Below are positions 23,501-35,500 of a DNA stretch of 64,000 bases, piece after piece. Position 1 is the stretch's first letter. Each line of letters opens with the position of its first letter. Below the pieces are notes generated by a model. That model saw only the letters and a program-made list of their open reading frames with translations. It was not told where the DNA came from and ran no database searches. The translations under genes and the position numbers were made by a program. This DNA is from Malacoraja senta (lineage: Eukaryota), in contig CM075995.1 of the NCBI GenBank assembly GCA_038087875.1, positions 4,528,001 to 4,592,000 on the forward strand, read 5' to 3'.

Positions 23501-26500
23501 GACGCACCCGGGGATGCCGTCAGGGCCAGCAGCCTTACGTGCATTAGTCCTACTCAGTGCCACGTACACGTCGTAGGGGGTGAGTGTGAGGGGCTGGTGA
23601 TCGGCAGGGAGCACCACCTTGATGGCCATCTCTAGATTGTCCCTGTCAAAGCGGCCATAGAAGTGGTTAAGCTCCTCAAGGAAGGAGGCGTCGCTGGATG
23701 TGGGGGTGGTGTTGGTGGGTCTAAAGTCCGTGATGGCCTGGATGCCTTGCCACATGCGTCGGGGGTCGGAGTTGTTGTTGAAGTGCTCCTCAATCCTGAG
23801 CTAATGGCAGTGCTTGGCCTTCTTTATGCCCCTCTTCAGGTTAGCCCTGGATGAACTGTAGGCTCGGGCATCGCCTGACCTGAAAGCGGTGTCCCGTGCT
23901 TTCAGCAGTAGCCTGACCTCGCTGTTCATCCATGGCTTCTGATTCGGGAATATGGTCACCCGTTTGAGGGAGGTGACATTGTTGATGGTGGAGTTTATAA
24001 AGTCCAGAACAGAGGATGTATAGGAGTCAATGTCCGTGTGGGAGTCAAGGGTGGCCTGGGCTGCAAACGCCTTACAGTCAGTGTTTCCAAAACACTGCTG
24101 AAGTGTGGAGTCCGCCTCCTCTGACCAGACTTTAACTGTCCTCACAGTGGGTTTAACCCGTCTGATGAGTGGAGAGTACTTTGGGAGCAGGAACAATGAG
24201 AGGTGATCAGACTGTCCAAGGTGGGGGAGGGGGACGGCTTTGTAAGCTTCAGCCATGTTAGTGTAGACTTTGTCCAGTATCTTGTCTTCTCTAGTGGCGA
24301 AGGAGACATGTTGGTGGAATTTGGGGAGTACAGTCATCAGGTTGGAGTGATTGAAGTCACCCGCAACAATGAAGGGTGCCTCGGGGTTGTGAGTCTGTTG
24401 TTTGCTAATGGCAGTATGCAGATCTTTCATTGCAAGCTTGGCATTAGCATCAGGTGGAATATAGGCTGCAGTCACAACAGTGGAGGTAAACTCTCTGGGA
24501 AGATAGAAAGGTCTGCATCTAACCAAGAGGAACTCAAGGTTAGCTGAGCAGTGACTCGATGATGGTGGTGTCCATGCACCATGCTTTATTTACATAAATG
24601 CACAGACCCCCACCTCTGGTCTTACCGGAGTCTGTTGTCCTGTCCGCTCGGAGTAAATGCCGCCCCGTTAGCTGGATGGCGCTGTCAGGAACGTCGGTGT
24701 TGAGCCAAGTTTCAGTGAAGATCAAGATGCTGCAGTCTTTGATCCAGTTGTGGGAGGTGATCCTTAGCCGGAGTTCGTCCATTTTGTTTGCCAGTGAGCG
24801 CACGTTGGCGAGGAAAAGGTTAGGAATCGCTAGCCTGTGTGGGACTAGCTCTAACCTGGCCTTTAACCCACCTCTGCATCCCCGGCGGTGCTTTCGTTCA
24901 CGTCGCCGTCTGTTGGTGCTTCCGGTCGGCCGAGCTGGCTTGGTGCGCGCTGGTGTTCTGCCGCTCCGCGGCTCCGCGGCTCCGCTGGCATTGTGCCGCC
25001 CGCGGCTCCGCTGGCGTTGTGCCGCCCCGCGGCTCCACTGGCGTTGTGCACAATATTGGGCACAATATCTGAGGAAGGATGTGCTGGCTCTGGAGAGGGT
25101 CCAGAGGAGGTTTACAAGAATGATCCCAGGAATGTGCGAGATAACATATGATGAGTGTTTGTGTCTTCCGTTGCTTTTTATTTGTATGACAGACTTGGCA
25201 AATGAAATTCCTTGTATGTTGCAAAACATACTTGGCTAATAAAGTATTATTGTGATTGTGATTGTGAAGAAGGGTTCTGACCAGAAAAGTCACCCATCTT
25301 TTTTTCTCCAGAGATGCTGCCTGACCCGCTCAGTTACTCCAACACTTTGTGTCAATCTTCAGTATATACCAGTATCTGCAGTTCCTTTCTACACAGAACA
25401 TGTGTGCGATGTGTAGAAAAAGTAAAGGCGGCAAGGAATAGCGCAGTATGGAGGTCATGTGGCATCTTGCCGATAGTTACCCATAACTAACACATTATTC
25501 ACCTTAAGCCTGAGGCTCTAAAATGCACTGGTCAAGCCACATTTGGAGTATTGTAAGCAATGTTGGGCACAATATCTGAGGAAGGATGTGCTGCCTCTGG
25601 AGAGGGTCCAGAGGAGGTTTACAGGAATGATCCCAGGAATGTGCGAGTTAACATATGATGAGTTCTGGGCCTGTACTCACTGGAGTGTAGAAGAATGAGG
25701 GGATACCTCATTGAAACATACAGAATAGTGAAAGATTTGGATAGAGTGGATGTGGAGAAGGTGTTTCCACTAGTGGGAGTGTCTAGGACCAGAGGTCATA
25801 GCCTCAGAATTAAAGGACATTCCTTTAGGAAGGAGATGAGGAGGAATTTCTTTAGTCAGACGGTGGTGAATCTGTGGAATTCTTTGCCACAGAAGGCTGT
25901 GGAGGCCATCAATTGATATTTTTACAGCAGAGATACAGTAGATAGATTCTTAATTAGTTATGGGGAGATGGCAGGGGTTATGGGGAGATGGCAGGAGAAT
26001 GGGCTTAGGATGGAGTGATAGATCAGCCATGATTGAATGGTGGAGTAGAGTTGATGGGCCAAATGGCCCAATTCTGCTCCTATCACTTATGACCTTATAG
26101 CGACTTGCAGAACTCTGCTATTGTTATTCTTTTTTTTTTTTTTTTAAGGTGGTGAAAGTAATAGATTGAGAAAAAGTGCAGTAAAAAGAGAGAGAAGAAA
26201 AAAGAGAAAAAAAAGAAAGAAAAAAATTAAAAAGAAGATCAAAGGGATATAGCTGCTTCATATCTTTGCGCACCCCTCACCTGGTTCTGAAACAGTTAAT
26301 TTCCAGGGTTATGTTGCACCATATGCTTGTAATAAATCGATAAAGGGAGACCAAATCTTTTAGAATCTTTTAGAATTGGTCTGATTTGCCTGCTAGGATG
26401 AATCTCATGTCTTCTAGGTGTAACATTTCGGACATATTTGAGATCCACATTTTAAGCATTGGTGTTGGTGCATTTTTCCAGAATTTTAATATAGGTTTTT

Positions 26501-29500
26501 TTGCCGTTATTAAGCCATAATTAAGGAAACTCTTTTGGAACAAAGTCAGCTCAGGGCCGACCTCCGTTGTTCCAAAGATAATCAGTTCTGCGTTGGGGTT
26601 CAGTTTTATTTTAAATACTTTTGTAAAAATTTCGAATATTTCCTTCCAAAATTTCTGAAGTTTTCCAAAAGGCAAAAGAATGTGCTATAGTTGCATCTTG
26701 AGATGAGCATTTATCGCAGATGGGAGACACATTTGGAAATTTTTTATTCAATTTAGTTTTCGAGTAATATAATCTGTGTAAAATGTTGAAATGAATTAAG
26801 GTATGTCTTACATTAATCGAACATTTGTGTACATATAGCAAATATTTATCCCATCTGTCTTTCGAGATATTTATAGATAATTCTTGTTCCCAATCTCTTC
26901 TAATTGCATCAGATGGTGGTATCTCAATGTTTAAAATGATATTATACAAATATGATATTAAATTTGTTGAGTCCGCCTTTCTGTTCATAGCTTCATCTAA
27001 TATATCTGGTCGAAGTTTTATGTTCTTGTGCGTGTTTTTTCAAGTAGTCACGGATTTGAAGGTATTTAAAGTATTGATTACTTTTCAGGTTGTATTTAAG
27101 TTGTAGTTGTTGGAATGTTAAAAGGTTTCCCATTTCATACATATCTCCAAACGTTTTAATTCCTATTCTTTCCCAATGTGTAAACATTTTGTCGATAATA
27201 GATGGTTTAAATGACGGATTATTAACAATGGGAGAGAGAAGCGATAGGTTTCTTAATTTGAAAGTTAATTTTATTTGTTTCCAAGTTCGTATTGTACTAT
27301 GAATAATTGGATTTTTCTTGTATATTGTATTATTCAATTTTATCGGTGAAAGAAGGATCGCTCCTATATTAAAAGGAGAGCAATCCTCTCTCTCCATTAC
27401 TATCCAATCTACCTGTTGGGCAGAATTGTCCAACAAGTAAATTACATTTTTGATATTCGTTGCCCAATGATAGTGCAAAAAAATGGGTAGTGTCAGTCCT
27501 CCGAATTCTTTGGGTTTCTGTGAATTCTGTGGGATTTATAGTCCCATATGAAATTTGTAATATCAGAGTCAAGTTTTTTTTCGGTAAATATAGTGGTATT
27601 GATTGAAATAAATATAAGATTTGTGGCAAAAAAATCATTTTTATGGCATTTATTCTGCCTATTAAAGACATCGGTAGTGTTTTCCAAAATTTAATCAAAG
27701 CAGTTAATTTAATAAGTAAGGGCATATAGTTTGCATTGAATAAAACTTTATATTTTCTGGTAATTTGAATACCCAGATATTTAAATTTTTCTGCAGCAAT
27801 TCTAAAGGGGAATTTTAAAACGTGTGTCGATTCTTGAGGTTTTATCGTCATAATTTCGCTTTTATTCCAGTTTATTCTATATCCTGAGAAGGATCCAAAT
27901 TCCTCTATTAAATTTAATATATTTGGTATGCTAATTTGCGATTTTGTAATATATAATAATACGTCGTCTGCATATAATATTATTTGAATGTTTTGTATTA
28001 TAACCGTGGATGTTCGGATGCGTTCTTATACTTTCTGCTAAGTACTTTCTACTTTCACAAGAGCGAATAGCAGGGGTGATAGTGCACATCCCTGTCTATT
28101 GCCCCTGGATAGTTGAAATTTCGGAGAGAGTATATTATTGGTCAGTATTCTAGCAGTCGGCTTGTCATATAATAATTTTACCCATAAAATGAAATTCCGT
28201 CCCATTTGAAATTTTTGCAGTACTTTGAAGAGATAGTCCCATTCCACCTGATCGAATGCTTTTTCTGCATCCAATGAAATAATTGATGTCTTCCTCTTCA
28301 GTATTATATGAATACATTATATTAAACAGACGTCTCAGATTATTGAATGAATATCTCTTGGGTATAAATCCCGTTTGATCCGCATTTATTAATTTACTGA
28401 CGTACTTGCTCAGTCTTCTTGCTAGAGTTTTCGCTAGTATTTTCTGATCTGTGTTTAACAATGCAATGGCTCTATATGAACCGGGATCTTCTAGATCTTT
28501 ATCTTTTTTCGGTATAAGTGTAATAGTTGATTCCGCTAATGTTTCTGGTAGTGCTTGTTCTTTAAAAGCTTATTTGTACAATTTTTGTAGGCATGGTGAG
28601 ATTGTCTCGTAGAATCTTTTATAAAATTCTTTACTAAATCCATCTGGTCCTGGCGTTTTACCGTTCTTCAGTGAGTTTATTGTCTCTTCTATTTCTTTAA
28701 TTGAGACCTGAGCTCCTAATTCCTCTTGTTCCAACAGTTTAAGTTTGGGGAGGTTACAATTATCCAAGAATTTTATAACTTTAGTGTTATCTGCTGATGT
28801 TTTTGATGTATATAAATTTTGATAAAATTGAGCAAATCTTTAGGTAAATGTTAACAATTGTTAAAGTCATGGTAAATGACTTTAGGTAATGTTAACAATT
28901 CGCCTTTATCTGATTTAATTTTTGAAATCATATGATCCTTTTCCCATTTTTTCAGTTGACGTGCCAAGAGTTTATGTGGTTTATCGCCAAATTCAAAGTT
29001 TTCCTGTTTTGTAATTTGAAATAGTCTTATAACTCTTGCAGATAAGATTCTGTTTCATTTAAATTTCAATATTGTTATTTTATTGTGTTTATCTATGGTT
29101 GGTTCTTTAGCATTATCTAGGTCTAATTGTCTAATTTGTTCTTCTAACTGCAATTGTTCTTTCTTATTTTAATTGTGCGAGAATCTTACCCCTTTTAACT
29201 GGCTCATTAGCACCCCTTATATTCCAGCTACAAAACGTGATTCCTCCTATTTTCTTTTGTTTATCGTCTTGCATTATGAGTTACTTTAATACCTTTAAGT
29301 CATATGGTGCAACACAATACCTCCGGCCTCTAGGTGTTGGGTGGGCACTCGCAGTTCCTAAGTTCTGTTTGTATATCCCCTTTAGACTTAAAAAAGAAAA
29401 AGAAAAGTGTAACGTGACATAAAAATAATAAAAAAGGTATTATAGTATCTAAAAATAAGGATACTATAAAAAAATAACCACCGTCGGTAGCTGTTCTTAA

Positions 29501-32500
29501 GAACTTCCATAGATGTTAATTTACATTAAGCTACGCTCCCTTGACCAAATGTTGTAAGGAGGAAGAAAGGCCAGTTCAAAACCGAGTGATATATATATAA
29601 AAAGAAAATAAACTTTTCAAACCTGTCTATCTAAATGCATCTTCTAATAATCTAGCATTAAGTATATACTACTATATACTAGTATATACTAATATATACT
29701 AACGATTATTACATTTTACTTCCCAGTTAAATCCCAGTCTCTTATATTAGACAGCAGCAGGTTGAAAGGGGTTAATCAGAATCAGACTCCTGGTTATCTG
29801 CCAAGTGTCTGAGTCTCCTCCCCTCCACTTACGCACAACTGGGGCCAAATCTATTATATGTGTTTTAGTTTGTTAGTATGGTAGTAATATATCTCGATAT
29901 ATTTAGCTCATTATCCTAACACTAAATATTAATTAACGAGTATGAAATAAACCCCCCCCTCCCCCCTTTGTATTATTACATTATACTGATTCATATTAGA
30001 TTACTATTGTTGTTAATTCAATTACTTAATTACTTATATGTTAGTATAAGATTATAAAACATTTTTTAATTCATATGTTTTTGTTTTCAAGTCCACTTGT
30101 ATTAATTTTCCATGTTCCTCGGCTCCGCTTTGTTTTTCAAGTGAAACATAACATAGAGTATGACCTTGGGTTGGCATTCCAGAGAGATAAGGTGTCTAGC
30201 CATCACCTCGTGTAAAATTTTGCCATCTTAACGAGAGCATTTTCTTTTGTTAAAAAGTCATATCTTCACCGCTTCTCCTCTGCCGATATTATAAAGGAAC
30301 AACTCCTTATAATCATGCTGTTTACTTATGTGTCGATCTCCTTTACAATTTCTTGTGCATATTTAAATGCCGCTTCTGGGTCAGTGAAGGCATGTTCCAC
30401 ATTCTTATAGGTAAACCTCATTTTTGCAGGGTACATTATGCCATATCTTACATTTTGGATACCTTTCAGAATGTATCTTGTCTTTGAGAACATGTCCCTT
30501 TTTTTGGCTATTTCTGGTGGATAGTCTCTAAAAAATCTCAGGTCCATTGTCGTCTTTTTGGAATCATATGGTGCAACACAATTGTAAAAGCTAACTGTCT
30601 CGGGACTGGGCGAGGGATGGTCAAGATTATAAATAATGATCTCCTTACTGCTTTTATTTTTTATTTTTTACTCTCTTTTCCCCATTTTCTTTTCTTTAAC
30701 TTTCTTCTTTCATTTTTTTTTCTTCTTCTTCACACACTATATATTTCACATTTTTCTATACTTTATTATCTAATTTCTTTTTTTTATTCTTCTTTATTAT
30801 AATAAAAAAAATAAGAAGCTGTACATAAACTGTATTATGAAAATATATATTAGGCACTTTGGTGCCATACGATTGTACTTACTTCTAATAAAATTAAAAT
30901 ATTTTTTAAAAAATCAAAAAAAATCTCAGGTCCTCTTCATACATCAAATTCGTTCCAAATGGAATTTGTTTCATAATATCTTCCAGAGCAGAAATGGCGT
31001 GAAATTTCACTTGGATCTGTCTTGGGGGGGCTCCTGGTCTTGATTGAACTCGTCGAACCCGGTGAGCCACATCTATTTTCGGATTGTCAGACAGTTTAAA
31101 TACTTGTTTAAGTAAGTTGGCAGCGAACTCCCGAGGGTTCTTTCCAGTTTCCCTTCCCTCTGTCACTCCAACTATTCTTAAATTCTGCCTTCTTGACCGT
31201 GCTTCCAAATCCAGGCATTTGTCAGTCATTTTGGCCAGTTGCCCCGAGACACATTCTTGCTCCTTCCTCAGTCTTTTCATCTCTTCAGACATTTCCTTCA
31301 TCTCATTTTCCATATCTTCCATAACCGTGGAAAATGCTTTAGTGGTCTTGAGAACAGAATCAAACTTCTCGTTACAGTCTTTTTCAACCCGTTTGATTTC
31401 TGTATTTAAGTCATCCTCAATTTCTTCAATATGTTTCCTTAGAGTAGCTATTTCCTCAATGACTTCCTCATTACCACGCTTAATTTTTTTAGACAGATTT
31501 TTCTCCAGTGCAGAATTCCCGTCTAGTATCATTTTAGAAAAGTCACTCATTAATGAGGTTCTTACCGACTGCTCTAGTTGCTCCAGCTGTTTCTCCTTTG
31601 AAGCCATTACAGTAGGTATTTGAGCCTCAGATTCATCTTCGGAACTTTCTGCTGCTGTTTCCTGAGTTTTTTCCAGCTCTATGGTCCGTTGTTTTACTTG
31701 AGATCTTGTAGCAGGTCTCTTGGGATTCTTCTTGTGCATTTAAGAGTATCAGAAAATCCCGTTATCAGCAGGATTTCTGATAACTCCTTTTACTCAATTA
31801 AAATAACAGCTCCGGTAGTTATTTTTAAGACTCCCCTTTCTTCCAACTCATATTTTTAGCACATTAAAGCATTCTTCGGGAGCGGAGCTAATTGCAGCGT
31901 CTCTCAGCACTCAATGACGCCACCGGAAGTCTGCTGTTGTTATTCAACTCTCATTTATAAGCATTCAATGACTGTGAGACATATTCCCAAGTTACCCAAA
32001 AATGTGCAAACTAAATGCAGGTTCTCTCTCATTTGGTCACACAACTTCTATTGTGAGATACTTTCAATATAATTGCCATGCACTCACTTGTATGATTGCA
32101 CAATGATTCTGGAAACAACGCGTCGGAATAGCTCTTATATTATCTACAGGTTTGCTAACCGATTCCTCCTTGCTATATATATTTTGCAGTTAATACCATT
32201 TGGGTAGAACATCAACAAGGTAACAGACACACTCGATTTCATTACTGATTGGGAGACAAGATTCTTCCGCGATATATTTGACCACTAGGGACATGCCTAC
32301 TGTCAAATTATCCAAGTCTTAATCTGCATGCCAACCTCCAATGTGCCAATGCATCAGCATAGAAGATAGAACATTACAGAAAATAACATAGAACATTACA
32401 GCAGAGGAACAGGCCCTTCGGTCCACAATGTCACGCCTAATAGAATGCCAAGTCTCTGATCTTAAAGCTAATCATAATCATACTTTATTAGCCAAGCATA

Positions 32501-35500
32501 TTTTGCAACATACGAGGAATTTCATTTGCCATACAGTCATACCAATAAATTGCAACAGAACACACAAAATACATTTTAACATGAACATACACCACAGTGA
32601 CTCCTCCGCATTCCACCGCAATTCCTCCAGTCATTGATATTTCTACTCTGGGAAAAATGTTTTGACCGTCTACCACAGAGGTCGGCAACCTACGGCTCCC
32701 CGGGCCGAATGCAGCCCGTAACCCGAAATCATAAGGCCCGCAGGCGGATTTTTTTCCCCCGTAATCATCCGGCCCGCCGAGCGCCTCCCAGAGCGCGGCC
32801 GAGCGCCTCCCCGAGCGAAGCCGAGCTCTGGCTGTACCGCATCCTGCTGTGAACACGTTTAAAAAAGAACTGCAGATGATGGAAAAATCGAAGGGAGACA
32901 ATAATGCTGGAGAAACTCCGCGGGTGAGACATGAAAGGATTGCATGAGGCTGCCTCACCCGCTGAGTTTCTACAGCAGTTTTGTCTACCTTCTGTGAACA
33001 CATGATTGGATGCCTGCCATCCGGGACGGGATCCATGTGTACGTGATAGATGTGGCCCGCCATCCGCTCACAGACATGCGTCTCGGCCCCTATGCACAAC
33101 AAGGTTGCCGATCCCTGGTCTACCCAGTCTATGCCTCTCATAATTTGTTTTTATACTTCCAACTCCCCTCAAACGTCAACACTTCAGAGAAAACAATCCA
33201 AGTTTGTCCACTTTCACTCTGCTTCATCTCTCATTCCAAATATCCTCCCAGGGAACCAGGGATATTAGTGATTGAAGCAGAAATAGAATAAAATATTTAT
33301 TTATTGGGAGCAATGTTAAATTATATCCAAAGTCTGCAGTGTCATCTGGTAGCCGGCACCAACCTGCCCAAGATGTGCTCCCTAACTATATTGAGCGGCA
33401 TGGTAGCGCAGCGGTAGAGTTGCTGCCTACAGCGCCAGAGACCTGGGTGCTATCTGTATGGAGTTTGTACATCCCCCCTGTGACCGCTTGGGTTTTCTCC
33501 GGGTGCTCCGGTTTCCTCGCACACTCCAAAGACGTGCAGGTTTGAAGGTGAATTGGCTTTGGTAAAAGTGTAAATTGTCCCGAGTGTGTTGAACAGTGCT
33601 AGTATACGGGGTGATCGCTGGTTGGCGTGGACACAGTGGGCCAAAGGGCCTGTTTCTGCGCCGTATCTCTAAAAACAAATCTCTGTTGTGTGATGTCCAT
33701 GATAGGCCATTTCAACTGATTTGATAATAAAACAACAGGGGCAAACAGGCAAAACTAAACCAATTAACAGGAGTACGTCCATTGAGCAATAAGGTATATT
33801 ACCTAAAGGTGTAGTTACCAGTAACTAGGTTGGACAAGTGTAGGACCGCCGTATTTCCTGACGCCTTCTGTTTTCTCAGGGGACCATCAATCTCCTCCCA
33901 GCGGTAGCTCACAATCCTGTTGTCATCTGTACTTCCTAAAGAAAAAGAGCGCAACTTCAATGGGCCATTCGATGAAACATAGAAAATAGGTGCAGGCGTA
34001 GGCCATTCGGCCCTTCGAGCTAGCACCTCCATTCAATCTGATCAAGGCTGATCATACAAAATCAGTACCCCGTTGCTGCTTTCTCCCCATATCCCTTGAT
34101 TCCGTTAGCCCTAAGAGCTATATCGAACTTTCTCCTGAATATATCATGAAGGCAGTGGAAAAGACATCTTGACAATCTCCAAGGTTTAGAAGGTTTGCAA
34201 GTGGCAACGGGCTGGAATTTTTTGCTGAGTTGAGTTTAATTCATTGTATCGCGTACCATGATACAGTGAAAAGGACTTTATTTCTTGGAGCGCAGGAGAA
34301 TAAGTGGTTATTTGCCCTATTAACACATTTATGGACATGCATACATTTAATTTCAACATGGGATAGTCACAAAAAGCTGGAGTCGAGACCACAAAACGTC
34401 ACACATTCCTTCTCTCCAGAGATGCTGCCTGTCCTGCTGAGTTTCTCCAGCTTTTTGTGACTATCACCGGTTTAAACCAGCATCTGCAGTTTTTGTGTCT
34501 ATCTGCAGTTGTTTCCTGAAACACTGGTTTCAACAAGGTACTTTTCAATAGTTTTGGACTGCATCAGTGAACATCCCCCACTGTCAGACGGGCCTTAGCA
34601 TTTCAAATTCTTGCAGGACCTTTGAGTTTGAGTTGAGTTTAGTTTATTGTCACGTGAACTGAAGTACAGTGAAAAGCTTCTGTTGCGTGCTATCCAGTCA
34701 TCAGAAAGACAATACATGATTACAACCGAGCCATTCACAGTGTGCAGATACATGGGAAGGCAAGTGTGGGACCGTGACCTCTATCCACTAATTCCGGACG
34801 TCCCAATGCTGTGGTAGAGATTAGTTTAGTTTAGTTTAGAGATACAGTGCGGAAACAGGCCTTTCGGCCCATCAAGTCCGTGCCAACCAGCAATCACCCC
34901 ATACACTAGCATTATCCTACACATACAACTTACAATTTTATCGTCGGCAATTAACCTACAAACCTGTCCGTCTTTGCAGTGTGGGAGGAAACCGGAGCTC
35001 CTGGAGAAAGCTCACGCAGATCACGGAGAGAACGTACAAACTCCATACAGGCAGCACCCATAGTCAGGATCGAACCCGGGTCTCTGGCTCTGTAAGGTAG
35101 CAGCTCTACTGCTGCGCCACCGTGCCACCCCTGCTTCAGCACACCAAGTATAGGACTATCTAGCCATTTATCTTGTCGTTCAGGACTGTTTAGTTTAGAG
35201 ATACAGTGTGGAAAGAGGCACTTTGGCTCACCGCGTCCACACAGATCATCGATCACCCGTACACAAGTTCTACATTATCCCACGTTCCCACCCGACACAC
35301 ACTAGAGACAATTTACAGAAACCATGTAACCGGCAAACCTGCACGTCTTTAGAATGTGGGAGGAAACCGGAGCACCCGGAGAAAACCCACACCATCAAAA
35401 GGGAGAACGTGCAAACTCCACACAGACAGCACTTGTAGGCAGGTTCGAACTGTGGGTCTCTAGTGCTGTGAGGCAGTGGCTCTACTTGTGCCACAGTGCC

